64,000 nucleotides of DNA from Thermoanaerobaculia bacterium (GCA_036399915.1 DASWME010000222.1:7164-71163); one strand, 5' to 3'; numbered from the stretch's first letter, positions 30,038 through 41,651 are shown. The notes: generated by a model from the letters alone, not told the origin. Translations and numbers: made by a program.

Positions 30038-31669
30038 CTACTGGTGCTCGGGTCGCAGCAGGTCCAGCACCGTCTTGACGGGCGCGAAGGTCGAGTCCGG
30101 CACCTCCACGAACACGGTGTTCCAGCCCGCCATGGCGCCGTTCCACAGGCCGGGACGCTCCAGGGCCTTCAAGGGGCGCCCCTCGTGGGACTTCTCGGAG
30201 ATGAAGACGGTCGCGGGATCGACGTAGCGGTTGAGGTCGTAGGGCCGGCCGTGGCGGTCGCGCAGGCCGCAGGCGATGTCCACCGGATTGAAGTGGGTGG
30301 ACTCCTGGAGGATCGCCTGCTGCTGCTCCGGATCGTCGGGATCGATCTGCGAAGCCTCGACGATCTGCGGAGAGATCCCGCCTGAGGGGGACTCCACCCA
30401 GAAGGGACCGCCGCCCGGCTCGCCCTGGTTGCGCACCACGCCGCAGACGCGCAGCGGCCGGTCGAGCGAGTCCATCAGGAACCGTCTCCTCTCCCGCGGA
30501 CCTGCCTGGGAGAACCCTGCGGGCAGCGGCCGGCAGAGCTCGTCCCCGAGGAACTCCCCGGCTCGCCGCAGCACGGCTTCGGCCGCCTTGCCCTTGACGC
30601 CGTCCAGCGTCTCCAGGCGGTCCAGGTGGCCGAAGACCCGCTCGCGCACGGCGAGCAGGCAGCCGCCGAGGAGCCGCTTCCAGAGGTGGACCACCGGCTT
30701 GCGGTCGTCGGGCACGACGTTGTCGATGTTCTTGAGGAGGATGACGTCCCACCCCTCGCGCCCGAGGTCCTTCAGGTTGGTGATGAGGGCGCCGTGGCCC
30801 CCCGGCCGGAACAGGAGCGAGCCGTCGTCCAGCCGGAACGGGCGGTCCTGGAGATCGACGGCCAGGGTGTCCGTCGAGTGCCGCTGGGTGGAGAAGGAGA
30901 CCTCGAAGCGGCAGTCGTAGCGCTCCTCGAGGGCCGGCCGCACCCGGTCGAGCAGGCGCTCGAACTCCTCCTGGTGCTCGGGCGAGACGGTGAAGTGGAG
31001 CAGGCAGAGGCCGCTGTCGTCGCGGGCGATGGCCGCCGCCTCCACCAGGTGCTCCTCGAAGGCCGTGCGCGGCCCTTCGGGATAGCGGTGGAACGGCAGC
31101 AGCCCCTTGGGCAGCTCGGCATAGCCGAGGCCGGCATCCGTGAGCAGGTAGGTGAGGACAAGGCGGTAGTCGCCGCTCCGCACCGCCTCCTCCAAGTCGA
31201 TGCCGTCGGCCCCCAGGGCCGCCGCCAGGTCCTCGTAGAAGGCGAAGCGGTGGAGGCTCTCGAAGAAGGTCCGCACCGGTCCTGCCGGCGCGGCGTCGGC
31301 GGGCTCCGAGAGGAACGCCAGCAGGTCCTGGAACATCCGGGTGGCGGCCCCCGAAGCGGGAACGAACTTGGCCGTACGGCCCCGGCGGGCCGCCGCGCCG
31401 TAATGGGCGAGCAGGTCCGGATGCTCGGCCGCCGAGATGGACCTGATGCCGTCGCCGGGCCGGCAGGGGCGCAGCACGCGGGTGTACGGGGGCGGGTTGC
31501 GGAAGAGCGCGACCTGCCGGGCGGCTTCCTCCGGCGCGAGGCCCATCGCGGACATCTGCCGGAGGTCGCGGGACGTGAACAGAGACTCCTCCATGGCGGC
31601 GGAGATCACCGCGGGAGCCGCGGAGAGAGAGTCATGGCTCGTCGTTTTCTCAGGAGTCGTTTTTCCCAT
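30038..31669 (-). CDS. DUF4301-like protein (UDPGP-type nucleotidyltransferase-like fold, function unknown)
   Basis: [41 protein letters not shown] and HFNPVD are present, as I remember them from DUF4301. An alternative start lies at 31594. The track start overlaps rfbC by 20 nt. Confidence 0.5.
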   Translation of the reverse strand: MGKTTPEKTTSHDSLSAAPAVISAAMEESLFTSRDLRQMSAMGLAPEEAARQVALFRNPPPYTRVLRPCRPGDGIRSISAAEHPDLLAHYGAAARRGRTAKFVPASGAATRMFQDLLAFLSEPADAAPAGPVRTFFESLHRFAFYEDLAAALGADGIDLEEAVRSGDYRLVLTYLLTDAGLGYAELPKGLLPFHRYPEGPRTAFEEHLVEAAAIARDDSGLCLLHFTVSPEHQEEFERLLDRVRPALEERYDCRFEVSFSTQRHSTDTLAVDLQDRPFRLDDGSLLFRPGGHGALITNLKDLGREGWDVILLKNIDNVVPDDRKPVVHLWKRLLGGCLLAVRERVFGHLDRLETLDGVKGKAAEAVLRRAGEFLGDELCRPLPAGFSQAGPRERRRFLMDSLDRPLRVCGVVRNQGEPGGGPFWVESPSGGISPQIVEASQIDPDDPEQQQAILQESTHFNPVDIACGLRDRHGRPYDLNRYVDPATVFISEKSHEGRPLKALERPGLWNGAMAGWNTVFVEVPDSTFAPVKTVLDLLRPEHQ

Positions 31670-32216
31670 CGGGCGGCAGCAGATGCAGGATCTCCGCCAA
31701 CCTCGGAGCGGCCCGGTCCCTGGCGCTGAGCAGGGGGTCCTCGACGGGCCAGGCGATGCCGATCCGGGGGTCGTTCCAGGCGATCCCGATCTCGTCCTCG
31801 CGGTCGTAGAGCTCCGTGCACTTGTACAGCACGTGCGCCGAGTCGGAGAGCACGCAGAAGCCGTGGGCGAAACCGGGCGGGATGTAGAGCTGGCGGAAGT
31901 TCTCTCCAGAGAGAACCTCGCCCACCCACTTGCCGAAGGTCGGGGAGTGCGGCCGGATGTCGACCGCCACGTCGAAGATCTCTCCCAGGACGGCGCGCAC
32001 GAGCTTGCCCTGCGGCTGCCGGAGCTGGGCGTGGAGACCCCGGAGGATGCCGCGGCGGGAGAAGGAGTGGTTGTCCTGCACGAAGGTACCGGGCAGGCCC
32101 CCCTCCTCGAACTTGCGCTGATGGTAGACCTCCAGGAAGAAGCCGCGGTCGTCGCCGAGCACGTCGGGCTCGACCCGGATGACCTCGGGGAGGCCGGGCA
32201 TGGGCAGAAATTTCAC
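31650..32216 (-). CDS. rfbC: dTDP-4-dehydrorhamnose 3,5-epimerase
   Basis: [11 protein letters not shown]...RGLHAQ...[18 protein letters not shown]...[11 protein letters not shown] is present. The GTG start overlaps the rfbB stop (GTGA). Confidence 0.9.
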   Translation of the reverse strand: MKFLPMPGLPEVIRVEPDVLGDDRGFFLEVYHQRKFEEGGLPGTFVQDNHSFSRRGILRGLHAQLRQPQGKLVRAVLGEIFDVAVDIRPHSPTFGKWVGEVLSGENFRQLYIPPGFAHGFCVLSDSAHVLYKCTELYDREDEIGIAWNDPRIGIAWPVEDPLLSARDRAAPRLAEILHLLPPDGKNDS

Positions 32217-33322
32217 GCGCCCTGCTCCCGGCTTGCCGTTTTCGTCCCCAGCCCCAGGCGCTCGCGGCCGTACCGGCCCGCCTGCACGGCCTCGCACCAG
32301 GCGCGGTTGTCGAGATACCAGCGCACCGTGGCGCGCAGCCCGGCGGCGAAGTCGTGCCGGGGGGCCCAGCCCAGCTCGGTCCGGGCCCTGGCGTCGTCGA
32401 TGGCATAACGGCGGTCGTGGCCGGGGCGGTCGGGGACGAAGGTCTTGAGGTCCTTGTAGGAGGCGATTCCCCGGTGGGCGAGAGCGGGGTTGCCGGCCGC
32501 CGGCCGCTCGCTCTCCAGCGTCTCGCAGATTGAGTCCACGATCTCGAGGTTCGTCCGCTCGCTCCGGCCGCCCAGGTTGTACTTCTCGCCCGGCCGGCCG
32601 CGGCGCAGGACCTCGAGGACGCCGCGGCAGTGGTCCTCCACGTAGATCCAGTCGCGCACGTTGCCGCCGTCGCCGTAGATGGGCAGGGGCCTGCCCTCGA
32701 GAGCGTTGAGCGTCATCAGCGGGATCAGCTTCTCGGGGAACTGGTAGGGGCCGTAGTTGTTCGAGCAGTTGGTGATGAGGACGGGCAGGCCGTAGGTCGC
32801 GTGCCAGGCCCGCACCAGGTGGTCCGCGCCCGCCTTGGAGGCGGCGTACGGGGAGTTGGGGGCGTAGGGGGTGGCCTCGGTGAAGGCTCCGGCCGGTCCC
32901 AGGCTGCCGTAGACCTCGTCGGTCGAGACGTGGAGGAAGCGGAAGGCGCGCCGGCCGGCCTCGTCGAGGCCCGCGAGGTGATGGCGGGCCGCTTCGAGCA
33001 GCTCGAAGACGCCCACGACGTTGGTCCGGATGAAGGCGCTCGCGTCGTCGATCGAGCGGTCGACGTGGCTCTCGGCGGCGAAGTTGACGACCGCCGCGGG
33101 CCGGCGCTCGGCGAAGATCCGCCGCACCTCCCGGCGGTCCGCGATGTCCCCCTGGAGGAACTCCAGGCGGGGATCGTCCAGCACGCCGGCGAGGTTCTCG
33201 CGGCTTCCGGCGTAGGTGAGCTTGTCGAGCACGAGGACGCGGTCGGCCGTCTCCGCGAGGACGAGCCGCACGAAGTTGCAGCCGATGAAGCCGGCTCCGC
33301 CGGTGACGAGGATCGTGTCCAT
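32213..33322 (-). CDS. rfbB: dTDP-glucose 4,6-dehydratase
   Basis: [31 protein letters not shown] and YAASKAG are present. Confidence 0.95.
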   Translation of the reverse strand: MDTILVTGGAGFIGCNFVRLVLAETADRVLVLDKLTYAGSRENLAGVLDDPRLEFLQGDIADRREVRRIFAERRPAAVVNFAAESHVDRSIDDASAFIRTNVVGVFELLEAARHHLAGLDEAGRRAFRFLHVSTDEVYGSLGPAGAFTEATPYAPNSPYAASKAGADHLVRAWHATYGLPVLITNCSNNYGPYQFPEKLIPLMTLNALEGRPLPIYGDGGNVRDWIYVEDHCRGVLEVLRRGRPGEKYNLGGRSERTNLEIVDSICETLESERPAAGNPALAHRGIASYKDLKTFVPDRPGHDRRYAIDDARARTELGWAPRHDFAAGLRATVRWYLDNRAWCEAVQAGRYGRERLGLGTKTASREQGA

Positions 33323-33422
33323 GGAGTTCTTGGCCCCGGGGGCGGTGCAGCCGGGGAAGTATAGCCGTATCCGGGCGAGAGGCTGTGGGGCGTCCGGGTC
33401 TGGCGTAGAATCGCGCGACTAT

Positions 33423-33545
33423 CCCCGCCCGGGCATCAATGCCCGGGCTAGGCCGAGAAGCCGGCTGAAGCCGGCTCAACGAATCTTTGAGCCTCCTTCA
33501 GGAGGCTTTTTCCTGGTAGCCCGGGCATTTGATGCCCGGGCGGGG
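33423..33545. repeat. 123-bp structured element bounded by 27/28-nt inverted repeats (CCCCGCCCGGGCAT-CA-ATGCCCGGGCT)
   Basis: The left arm is 33423-33449 and the right arm is 33518-33545 (its reverse complement differs by one inserted A). Each arm is itself a 9-bp hairpin. The interior has GAAGCCGGCT x2 and a terminator-like AGCCTCC-ttca-GGAGGCT-TTTTT. Confidence 0.8.
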
Positions 33546-33581
33546 AGGGCGGCCGGCTGTGATCGTCACGAGGACCACTCC

Positions 33582-34394
33582 ATGACCCCCCTCCAGGCCA
33601 TCGTGCTGGGCATCGTCCAGGGGATCACCGAGTTCCTGCCCATCAGCTCCTCCGGGCACCTGATCCTGGTCCCCTACTTCCTGCACTGGCCCGACCAGGG
33701 GCTCGCCTTCGACATCGCCACCAACACGGGGACCCTGCTCGCCATCGTCGCCTACTTCCACCGCGACCTGCGCGACCTGATCGTGGGCTTCTTCACCGGA
33801 GCGCCGCGGTCGCGCGACGGCGAGTTCGCGCCGCGCCGCATGGCCTGGGCGATCCTCCTCGGCACGATCCCGGCCGGCCTCGCGGGGCTCCTGATCAAGC
33901 CCTGGGTCGAGACCTACGCCCGCAATCCGCTGCTGATCGCGGGGACGACCTTCTTCTACGGTGTCCTCCTCTTCATCGCGGACCGCGTGGGCCGGAAGGA
34001 GCGGATCCTCGGGGAGGTCACCTGGGCCGACGCCCTGGTCGTGGGCTGCGCCCAAGCCCTGGCCCTGGTGCCGGGGACCTCGCGCTCGGGCGCCACCATC
34101 ACCGCCGCCCTGCTGCTGGGGCTCACCCGGCCGGCGGCGGCCCGGTTCAGCTTCCTCCTCACGGTCCCGATCAGCGTCCTGGTGGCCCTCAAGGAAGCCA
34201 AGGACCTGATGGACGCGGGAATCACGGCGGCCGACCTCGTGCCGATGGCGATCGGCCTCGTGGTCTCCGCCCTCGTGGGCTACCTGGTGATCGCCTTCCT
34301 CCTCGCCTGGCTGCGCCGCCGGACGCTGACGGTGTTCGTGGCCTACCGGCTGCTCCTGGCGGTGGTGATCCTGGCGGTGGCGGCCTTCCGCTAA
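33582..34394 (+). CDS. uppP: undecaprenyl-diphosphate phosphatase
   Basis: MTPLQAIVLGIVQGITEFLPISSSGHL... and PGTSRSGATI are present. The ATG at 33582 lies inside the longer ORF. Confidence 0.95.
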   Translation: MTPLQAIVLGIVQGITEFLPISSSGHLILVPYFLHWPDQGLAFDIATNTGTLLAIVAYFHRDLRDLIVGFFTGAPRSRDGEFAPRRMAWAILLGTIPAGLAGLLIKPWVETYARNPLLIAGTTFFYGVLLFIADRVGRKERILGEVTWADALVVGCAQALALVPGTSRSGATITAALLLGLTRPAAARFSFLLTVPISVLVALKEAKDLMDAGITAADLVPMAIGLVVSALVGYLVIAFLLAWLRRRTLTVFVAYRLLLAVVILAVAAFR

Positions 34395-34480
34395 GAAGAC
34401 GGAAGATTCATATTGACAAAAGCAAATGGCTGGTCTACTCTTCACGGTGCGGGGAGGCAAATCCTCCTCTCATCCCTCCC

Positions 34481-34513
34481 AAAAAGGAGCGCTCGTAAGC
34501 GCTCCTCTTTTTT
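34481..34513. terminator. bidirectional intrinsic terminator between uppP and the chalcone-isomerase-like gene
   Basis: The sequence is aaaaa-GGAGCGCT-cgta-AGCGCTCC-tcttttttt. Confidence 0.8.
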
Positions 34514-34532
34514 TGGTGGCCGCGGGCGAAGA

Positions 34533-35087
34533 TCAGCCGCCCAGGACGCCCTTCTTGAAGTCGGCGCCGGGGGCCGGGTCGGGGCCGATCCAGGTGGCGA
34601 GGATGGCGTCCGCCACCGCCTTGCCGGGGAGGGTCCCTTTGGTCTTGCCGTTGACCTCGATCGTGGCGCCCTCGCCGGGGACGTAGGTCATCACGAGCTG
34701 GTTGCCCTTCTTGATGGGCTCCATCCAGGAGCAGAGGGTCGTGAAGGCCTTCTTCACGTCGGCGGAGGCTTTGGGGGTGTTCTTCTCCAGCCCCTCGTCC
34801 CACGCCTCGCACATCTGCTCTTTGCTGACGCTGTAGAGGAAGTGCATCACCATGCGGCGCGGCGCGTCAGTATCCAGGATCCGGGCCGCGGCCTTCTCCT
34901 TCTGGGGCAGGTAGAGCCCGCCCACGTACACTTTGATGAAGAACTTCGAGCGCAGGCCCATGCCGTTGAGCACCAGGGTCTGGCCCTTGACCTCGGCCTT
35001 GTCGGGCAGCGCGACCCCGGCGAGCGTGCCGGCGCCGGCCGGCAGGGCCAGGAACAGGGAGAGCAGGGCGGCGGATAGAATTCGCAT
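34533..35087 (-). CDS. secreted chalcone isomerase-like family protein
   Basis: A signal peptide is followed by LVLNGMGLRSKFFIKVYVGGLYL and ...ILATWIGPDP. GGAGGA lies upstream of the ATG at 35087. Confidence 0.7.
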   Translation of the reverse strand: MRILSAALLSLFLALPAGAGTLAGVALPDKAEVKGQTLVLNGMGLRSKFFIKVYVGGLYLPQKEKAAARILDTDAPRRMVMHFLYSVSKEQMCEAWDEGLEKNTPKASADVKKAFTTLCSWMEPIKKGNQLVMTYVPGEGATIEVNGKTKGTLPGKAVADAILATWIGPDPAPGADFKKGVLGG

Positions 35088-35215
35088 CGGTATCCTCCAA
35101 ACGACGTTCGGGTTGCGGAACTCCGGCGGGAAGTGTAGCCGAAACCGGCGCAACCCGGGCGGTGGGCTACCGTATCTGAGGCATCGAAGGCGCGCGGACG
35201 CGTGCGCAACCCGGG

Positions 35216-35833
35216 ATGAAGACCGAAGCCGAGCTGGTCGCGAGCGCCCTCGGGGGCTCGCAGGACGCCTGCCGCGAGCTGGTGAAGCGGTTCGAGCGCC
35301 CTGTCTACAGCCTGGTGCTGCGCATGGTGCAGGACCGGGCGGCCGCCGAGGACCTGGCCCAGGAGGTCTTCATCAAGGCCTTCCGCCGCCTCGACACCTA
35401 CGATCCGCAGTGGAAGTTCTCGAGCTGGCTGTTCAAGATCGCGCACAATACCACCATCGACCACCTGCGCCGGGGAGGACCGGAGACGGTGCCTCTCGAG
35501 GCGGAGGAGGACGACAAGGGGGGGCTCGCCGCCGTGCTCGCCGACGGGGCGGCGGAGGACCCCCAGGCCGCGGCGGAGCGGCGGGACCTGGCGCGGTCGC
35601 TCGAGCGCGCCATCGCCCGCCTGCGGCCGGAGTACCGCCAGGCGGTGTTGATGTTCTACGCTCAGGGGGCCTCGTACCAGGACATCTGCGAGGTCACCGG
35701 CCTGCCGCTCGGCACGGTGAAGACGAACCTCCACCGGGCCCGCAAGGAGCTCGCCCAGGCGATGACCGACCTCGGGTGGGGCCCGGCGGGACGGACGGCG
35801 GCCGCTGAAACCGGCAAGGCCCCGGCCTCGTAG
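35216..35833 (+). CDS. ECF (RpoE-like) RNA polymerase sigma factor
   Basis: Region 2 has AEDLAQEVFIKAFRRLDTYD...FSSWLFKIAHNTTIDHLRR. Region 4 has YQDICEVTGLPLGTVKTNLHRARKEL. Confidence 0.9.
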   Translation: MKTEAELVASALGGSQDACRELVKRFERPVYSLVLRMVQDRAAAEDLAQEVFIKAFRRLDTYDPQWKFSSWLFKIAHNTTIDHLRRGGPETVPLEAEEDDKGGLAAVLADGAAEDPQAAAERRDLARSLERAIARLRPEYRQAVLMFYAQGASYQDICEVTGLPLGTVKTNLHRARKELAQAMTDLGWGPAGRTAAAETGKAPAS

Positions 35834-35857
35834 GGCGGGTCAGAGGAGAAACGACGG

Positions 35858-36388
35858 ATGCGCCGCTCCCATCACAACGCCCTGGACCGCTGGCTCGCCG
35901 CCGAGCGGGATGACCGTCCGGAGGCGGCCGAGGCCGCGCTGCGCGAGCTGTTCGCGGCCCTGCCCCTGATCGCGCCGCCGGCCGGCTTCGCCGACCGGGT
36001 GCTCGCTCAGGTCCAGGTCCGGCGCGATCCCTTCGCCTCGCTCTGGGCGCGGCTGGCGCTGGTCCTCGGCCTGCTCGCCACCAGCCTCGGCGTGCTGTCG
36101 CTCCCGGCGACCCTGCGGGCCGCGGGGGCGCTGGCGGGGATGTGGAGCCTGAGCGATCTGGTGCAGGGCGCGGTGCAGACGCTGATCGACGCCGCTCATG
36201 GGCTGGCCTCGGTCCTGCGGCTGTGGGACCTGCTGCTCACCATCGGCCGGGCCCTCACCCAGCCGCTGACGCTGCCGCAGGTGACGGCGGTCCTCATGGC
36301 CTGTCTGCTCGCCTCCAGCCTGGCGTTCCGGTTTCTCCGTGACCAAATCACTGGTGAGAGGAATCTGACTTATGTCGACCCTGTCTGA
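35858..36388 (+). CDS. putative membrane anti-sigma factor
   Basis: It lies immediately downstream of the ECF sigma gene, has TM segments, and has an N-terminal helix WLAAERDD..AEAALRELF. Confidence 0.5.
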   Translation: MRRSHHNALDRWLAAERDDRPEAAEAALRELFAALPLIAPPAGFADRVLAQVQVRRDPFASLWARLALVLGLLATSLGVLSLPATLRAAGALAGMWSLSDLVQGAVQTLIDAAHGLASVLRLWDLLLTIGRALTQPLTLPQVTAVLMACLLASSLAFRFLRDQITGERNLTYVDPV

Positions 36389-37976
36389 TCGTTGGCAGAA
36401 TCTCGTCGGGAAGCGATCCCTCTGGATGGCGGCGATCCTTCTCGTTCTCGTTGCCGTGGCGGCGTACGCCGCTCCCGTTCCGCAGTCCGCCGCGAACCCT
36501 CCCGTCTCGGCCGAGGAGCGCGGGGAGCTGCGCCAGACCATCGAAAGCCGTTACGAGGTGCTGCCGGTCAGCGGCGGCATTGCGCTCAAGCCCCGCCAGC
36601 CCCGGGCGGGCATCCGTACCATCGAGGTGACCGGCGAAGAGGTGGCGGTCAACGGCGAGCGGGTCAACCCCCGCACGCTGCGCGACTGGCTGGGCGAGGA
36701 CGCCGACGCCATCCTGCGCCTCCGGGGTCTCTCCACCGACGAGCAGCGCCAGGTCTTCGGGCTCGGCGAGGAGGCTCCCGCCGCCGGCCGGCCCGAGCCG
36801 TCCGTGGAGGAGACGCCCGCGATGACCGCGGGCGAGGAGGCCGCGACGAGCGACGTCGACGTGGCCGAGGTCCCCGAGCCGCCCGCAGCTCCCGCGGAGC
36901 CGGCCGTTCCGGAGCGCCCGGGCCGGCGCACCTCCAGCAGCCGGGTGAACGTCGGCGGCAGCGTCCGGGTGGATAAGGACGAGATCGTGGACGCGGCGGT
37001 GGCGGTCGGCGGCTCGGTCACTGTGGACGGCGAGGTCGAGGACGAGGTCGCGGCCATCGGCGGCCCCGCCCATATCCAGGGAAGGGTGGGCGGCGACGTC
37101 ATTTCGGTCGGCAGCAGCGTCCACCTCGGCCCGAAGGCGGTGGTGGATGGCAACGTGACGAGCGTGGGCGGCCGCATCCGCCGCGAGCCCGGCTCCGTCA
37201 TCCATGGCGAAACCGCTGAGGTTGGTTTCTTCCCCTGGGAGCGCCACGGCCGCTGGCTCGGTCCCGGCTGGGGTCTCTGGGGGGGGTTCTTGGGGGGCGT
37301 CTCGGACGTCATGGGCAGCCTGACGGTCCTCGTCCTGATGGGCCTGCTCGTCTCTCTGACGCTCCTCGTGGCGCGGCGTCCCTTGGAGAGGGTGGACCGG
37401 CAGCTCGCGGCCCAGCCGTGGCAGTCGGCGGCCGTGGGGCTCGCGGGCGTCGTCTTCTTCTGGCCGTTGCTGTTCGTGGTCACCATCCTGCTGCTGATCA
37501 CGATCGTCGGCTGCCTGCTGATCGCCCTCTATCCCTTCCTCTTCCTCTGGGTCGCGCTCCTGCTCCTGCTGGGCTACGCCGCGGTGGTCTACCGTGTGGG
37601 ACGCTGGCTCGAGAGCCGTTTCAACCGGCGCTTCGGCGGGCCTTACGCCGCGGCCCTGATGGGCCTGCTGGCCATCCAGGGCTGGCTCGTGCTGGGCAAC
37701 CTGCTCGACCTGCTCCCCGGCCCCTTCGGCACCATGGTGTGGCTGTTCGGTCTGCTCCTGGTGGTGGCCGCCGTGATCGTGGGGTTCGGCGCGGTGATCC
37801 TGGCCCGCTTCGGGCTGGAGCCGGGCTATTGGCCGCGGCGCGGGGCGCCGGCGCCGCCGCCGTCCTACACACCGCCGCCAGCGCCGGACAGCCTGCCCCT
37901 CACAGATCCCCTGACCGCGCCGCCGTGGGAGGAGCCGCGGGTGTATCCGCCGCCGGAAACGGAGCCGCCGCGCTAG
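36372..37976 (+). CDS. membrane protein with bactofilin-like (polymer-forming, beta-helical) repeat region and C-terminal multi-TM domain
   Basis: An N-terminal TM is followed by the repeats VGGSVRVD..VGGSVTVDGEV..IGGPAHIQGRVGGDVISVGSSVHLG..VDGNVTSVGG, then ~5 TM and a Pro-rich tail. It overlaps the anti-sigma gene by 17 nt. Confidence 0.55.
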   Translation: MSTLSDRWQNLVGKRSLWMAAILLVLVAVAAYAAPVPQSAANPPVSAEERGELRQTIESRYEVLPVSGGIALKPRQPRAGIRTIEVTGEEVAVNGERVNPRTLRDWLGEDADAILRLRGLSTDEQRQVFGLGEEAPAAGRPEPSVEETPAMTAGEEAATSDVDVAEVPEPPAAPAEPAVPERPGRRTSSSRVNVGGSVRVDKDEIVDAAVAVGGSVTVDGEVEDEVAAIGGPAHIQGRVGGDVISVGSSVHLGPKAVVDGNVTSVGGRIRREPGSVIHGETAEVGFFPWERHGRWLGPGWGLWGGFLGGVSDVMGSLTVLVLMGLLVSLTLLVARRPLERVDRQLAAQPWQSAAVGLAGVVFFWPLLFVVTILLLITIVGCLLIALYPFLFLWVALLLLLGYAAVVYRVGRWLESRFNRRFGGPYAAALMGLLAIQGWLVLGNLLDLLPGPFGTMVWLFGLLLVVAAVIVGFGAVILARFGLEPGYWPRRGAPAPPPSYTPPPAPDSLPLTDPLTAPPWEEPRVYPPPETEPPR

Positions 37977-40180
37977 AGGGGTGAGGTCGCCGGCCCGCTC
38001 AGCCGCTCCGCCAGGCGCGTGAAGCGGGGACGCACGCGGCGGTTGCCCACGGCGATCCGCAGGGCCCGCTCCTCGCCCACCAGAATGGCCAGCCGCTTCG
38101 CCCGGGTGAGGGCCGTGTAGAGGAGGTTCCGCTGCAGCATCACGTAGTGGGTGCTGTGGAGCGGGATCACCACGCACGGGTACTCGCTCCCCTGCGACTT
38201 GTGGATCGTACAGGCGTAGGCGAGGACCAGCTCGTCGACCGAGCCGAAGTCGTAGGCCACCTCCCGGCCGTCGATCGACACCGTCAGGACCTGCTCGACG
38301 TCGTCGATCGCGCGGACGCGCCCGATGTCGCCGTTGTAGACCTCGAGCTCGTAGTTGTTGCGCACCTGCATCACCTTGTCGCCCGCCCGCAGGCTGCGGC
38401 CGCCGCGGGTCACCATCTCGCCCTCGGGGTTGAGCAGGTCGCGCAAGACGGCGTTGAGGCTGTCCGTGCCGAGCGGCCCCCGGTTCATGGGGGTGAGCAC
38501 CTGGATCTGCTCGACGGGGTCGAAGCCGAACCTGGCCGGGATGCGCCGCGAGACGAGCTGGGCGATCGTGTCGACGATCTCCTCCGGCTCTCTACGCTCC
38601 AGGAAGAAGAAGTCGCCGTCGCTGTCGACCGACTCCAGGATGGGCATCATCCCCTGGTTGACCCGGTGGGCGTTGACCACGATCAGGCTGCGCTCGGCCT
38701 GGCGGAAGATCTCGGTCAGGCGCACCACCTCGACCGCCTCCGAGCGGATGAGGTCGGCCAGCACGCGGCCGGGGCCCACGGAGGGGAGCTGGTCCACGTC
38801 TCCCACCAGGATCAGCCGGCCGTGGTCCGGCACGGCGCGCAGCACGTGATGGGCGAGCACCGCGTCGAGCATCGACGCCTCGTCCACGATCAGCAGGTCG
38901 CAGGAGAGCGGGTGCTCGCGGTTGCGGACGAACTGCCGCGTCCTGGCGTCGAACTCCAGCAGCCGGTGCAGGGTGGCGGCCTCGGCGCCGGTGGCCTCGG
39001 CCAGGCGCTTGGCCGCCCGGCCGGTGGGCGCGGCGAGGAGCACCCGCTGGCGCTTCTTCTCCAGGATCTTGACGATGCCGCGCACCAGCGTCGTCTTGCC
39101 GGTGCCGGGGCCGCCGGTGACGATCAGCACCTTGCGGGTGAGCCCCGAGCGGATGGCCTGCCGCTGCTGGCGGGCAAGGTCGATCCGCTCCTGCCTCTCG
39201 AACCAGTCGAGGGCGCGGTCGAGGTCGATCTCCAGCGGCAGCGGCGGCTGGACGAGCAGCGCCCGGATGCGCGCCGCCACTCCGGACTCGGCCGAGTGGA
39301 GCGGCTTGAGGTAGACCGCCTGCTCTTGCGGGTCGACGAGGGGCTCGACGACGACCTGCTCGGTCTCCGCCAGCGCCGCGACCGCCTGCTCCACCCGGGC
39401 GGCCGGCGCGCCCAGGAGCTTCTCGGCCTCCTCGATCAGCGCCTGGCGCGGCAGGTAGAGGTGCCCGCGGTCCGCGCCCTGCCCCAGGAGGTAGAGCGTG
39501 CCGGCCTCGATGCGCTGCGGCGCGTCGGGCGGTATCCCCAAAGCCGAGGCGATCTTGTCCGCCGACTTGAAGCCGATGCCGTAGATGTCCGTCGCCAGGC
39601 GGTAAGGGTTCTCCCGGACCAGCTCCGTGGCCTGGGGGCCGTAGGCCTTGTAGATCTTGATCGCGTAGTGGGTGGAGACGCCGTGGGACTGGAGGAAGAC
39701 CATCACCTCCTTGATGTCCCGCTGCTCGTGCCAGGCGCGGAGGATCTCGCGGCTGCGCTTGGGGCCGATCCCCTCCACCTCGGTCAGCCGGTCCGGCCGG
39801 TTCTCGATGATGTCCAGCGTCTCCAAGCCGAAGGCCGCCACCAGCCGGGACGCCATCACCTTGCCGATGCCGCGGATCAGCCCCGAGCCGAGGTACTTCT
39901 CGATGCCGACGAGCGTCGCCGGGGTCACTGTGGCGTAGGAGGCGACCCGGAACTGCCGGCCGTACTTCGGGTCGTTGATCCAGGTGCCGGTCAGGCGGAG
40001 GTTCTCGCCGGGCTGCACCCCCAGCAGGTTGCCGACGGCGGTCACCAGGTCGCGGTGTCCCGGAACGGCGAGGCGCACCACGCTCCAGGCGTTCTCCTCG
40101 TTGGCGAAGACGATTCGCTCCAACACCCCTTCGAGGGTGGTCGCGGCGTCGCCGGATGGGGAGTTGAAGGGGAGGGTCAT
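37973..40180 (-). CDS. recD2: RecD2-type SF1 ATP-dependent DNA helicase
   Basis: It has a HhH region (GIGPKRSREIL), Walker A GGPGTGKTT, LIVDEASML, GDVDQLPSVGPG and AYACTIHKSQGSEYP. Confidence 0.9.
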   Translation of the reverse strand: MTLPFNSPSGDAATTLEGVLERIVFANEENAWSVVRLAVPGHRDLVTAVGNLLGVQPGENLRLTGTWINDPKYGRQFRVASYATVTPATLVGIEKYLGSGLIRGIGKVMASRLVAAFGLETLDIIENRPDRLTEVEGIGPKRSREILRAWHEQRDIKEVMVFLQSHGVSTHYAIKIYKAYGPQATELVRENPYRLATDIYGIGFKSADKIASALGIPPDAPQRIEAGTLYLLGQGADRGHLYLPRQALIEEAEKLLGAPAARVEQAVAALAETEQVVVEPLVDPQEQAVYLKPLHSAESGVAARIRALLVQPPLPLEIDLDRALDWFERQERIDLARQQRQAIRSGLTRKVLIVTGGPGTGKTTLVRGIVKILEKKRQRVLLAAPTGRAAKRLAEATGAEAATLHRLLEFDARTRQFVRNREHPLSCDLLIVDEASMLDAVLAHHVLRAVPDHGRLILVGDVDQLPSVGPGRVLADLIRSEAVEVVRLTEIFRQAERSLIVVNAHRVNQGMMPILESVDSDGDFFFLERREPEEIVDTIAQLVSRRIPARFGFDPVEQIQVLTPMNRGPLGTDSLNAVLRDLLNPEGEMVTRGGRSLRAGDKVMQVRNNYELEVYNGDIGRVRAIDDVEQVLTVSIDGREVAYDFGSVDELVLAYACTIHKSQGSEYPCVVIPLHSTHYVMLQRNLLYTALTRAKRLAILVGEERALRIAVGNRRVRPRFTRLAERLSGPATSPL

Positions 40181-40250
40181 ATCCGCAGGACGAAATCAGT
40201 GTATGACAGGTGATGATCCCCACCCCTGCTTGTGCCAAAATGACCCGCGC

Positions 40251-41642
<1,392 letters not shown>

Positions 41643-41651
41643 GGAGGGACG

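Noticed and set aside
33216-33581. An N-terminal 122-aa extension of uppP in the track ORF.
   Set aside because: The extension reads through the palindromic element and is antisense to rfbB. Conserved UppP sequence starts at the ATG at 33582.
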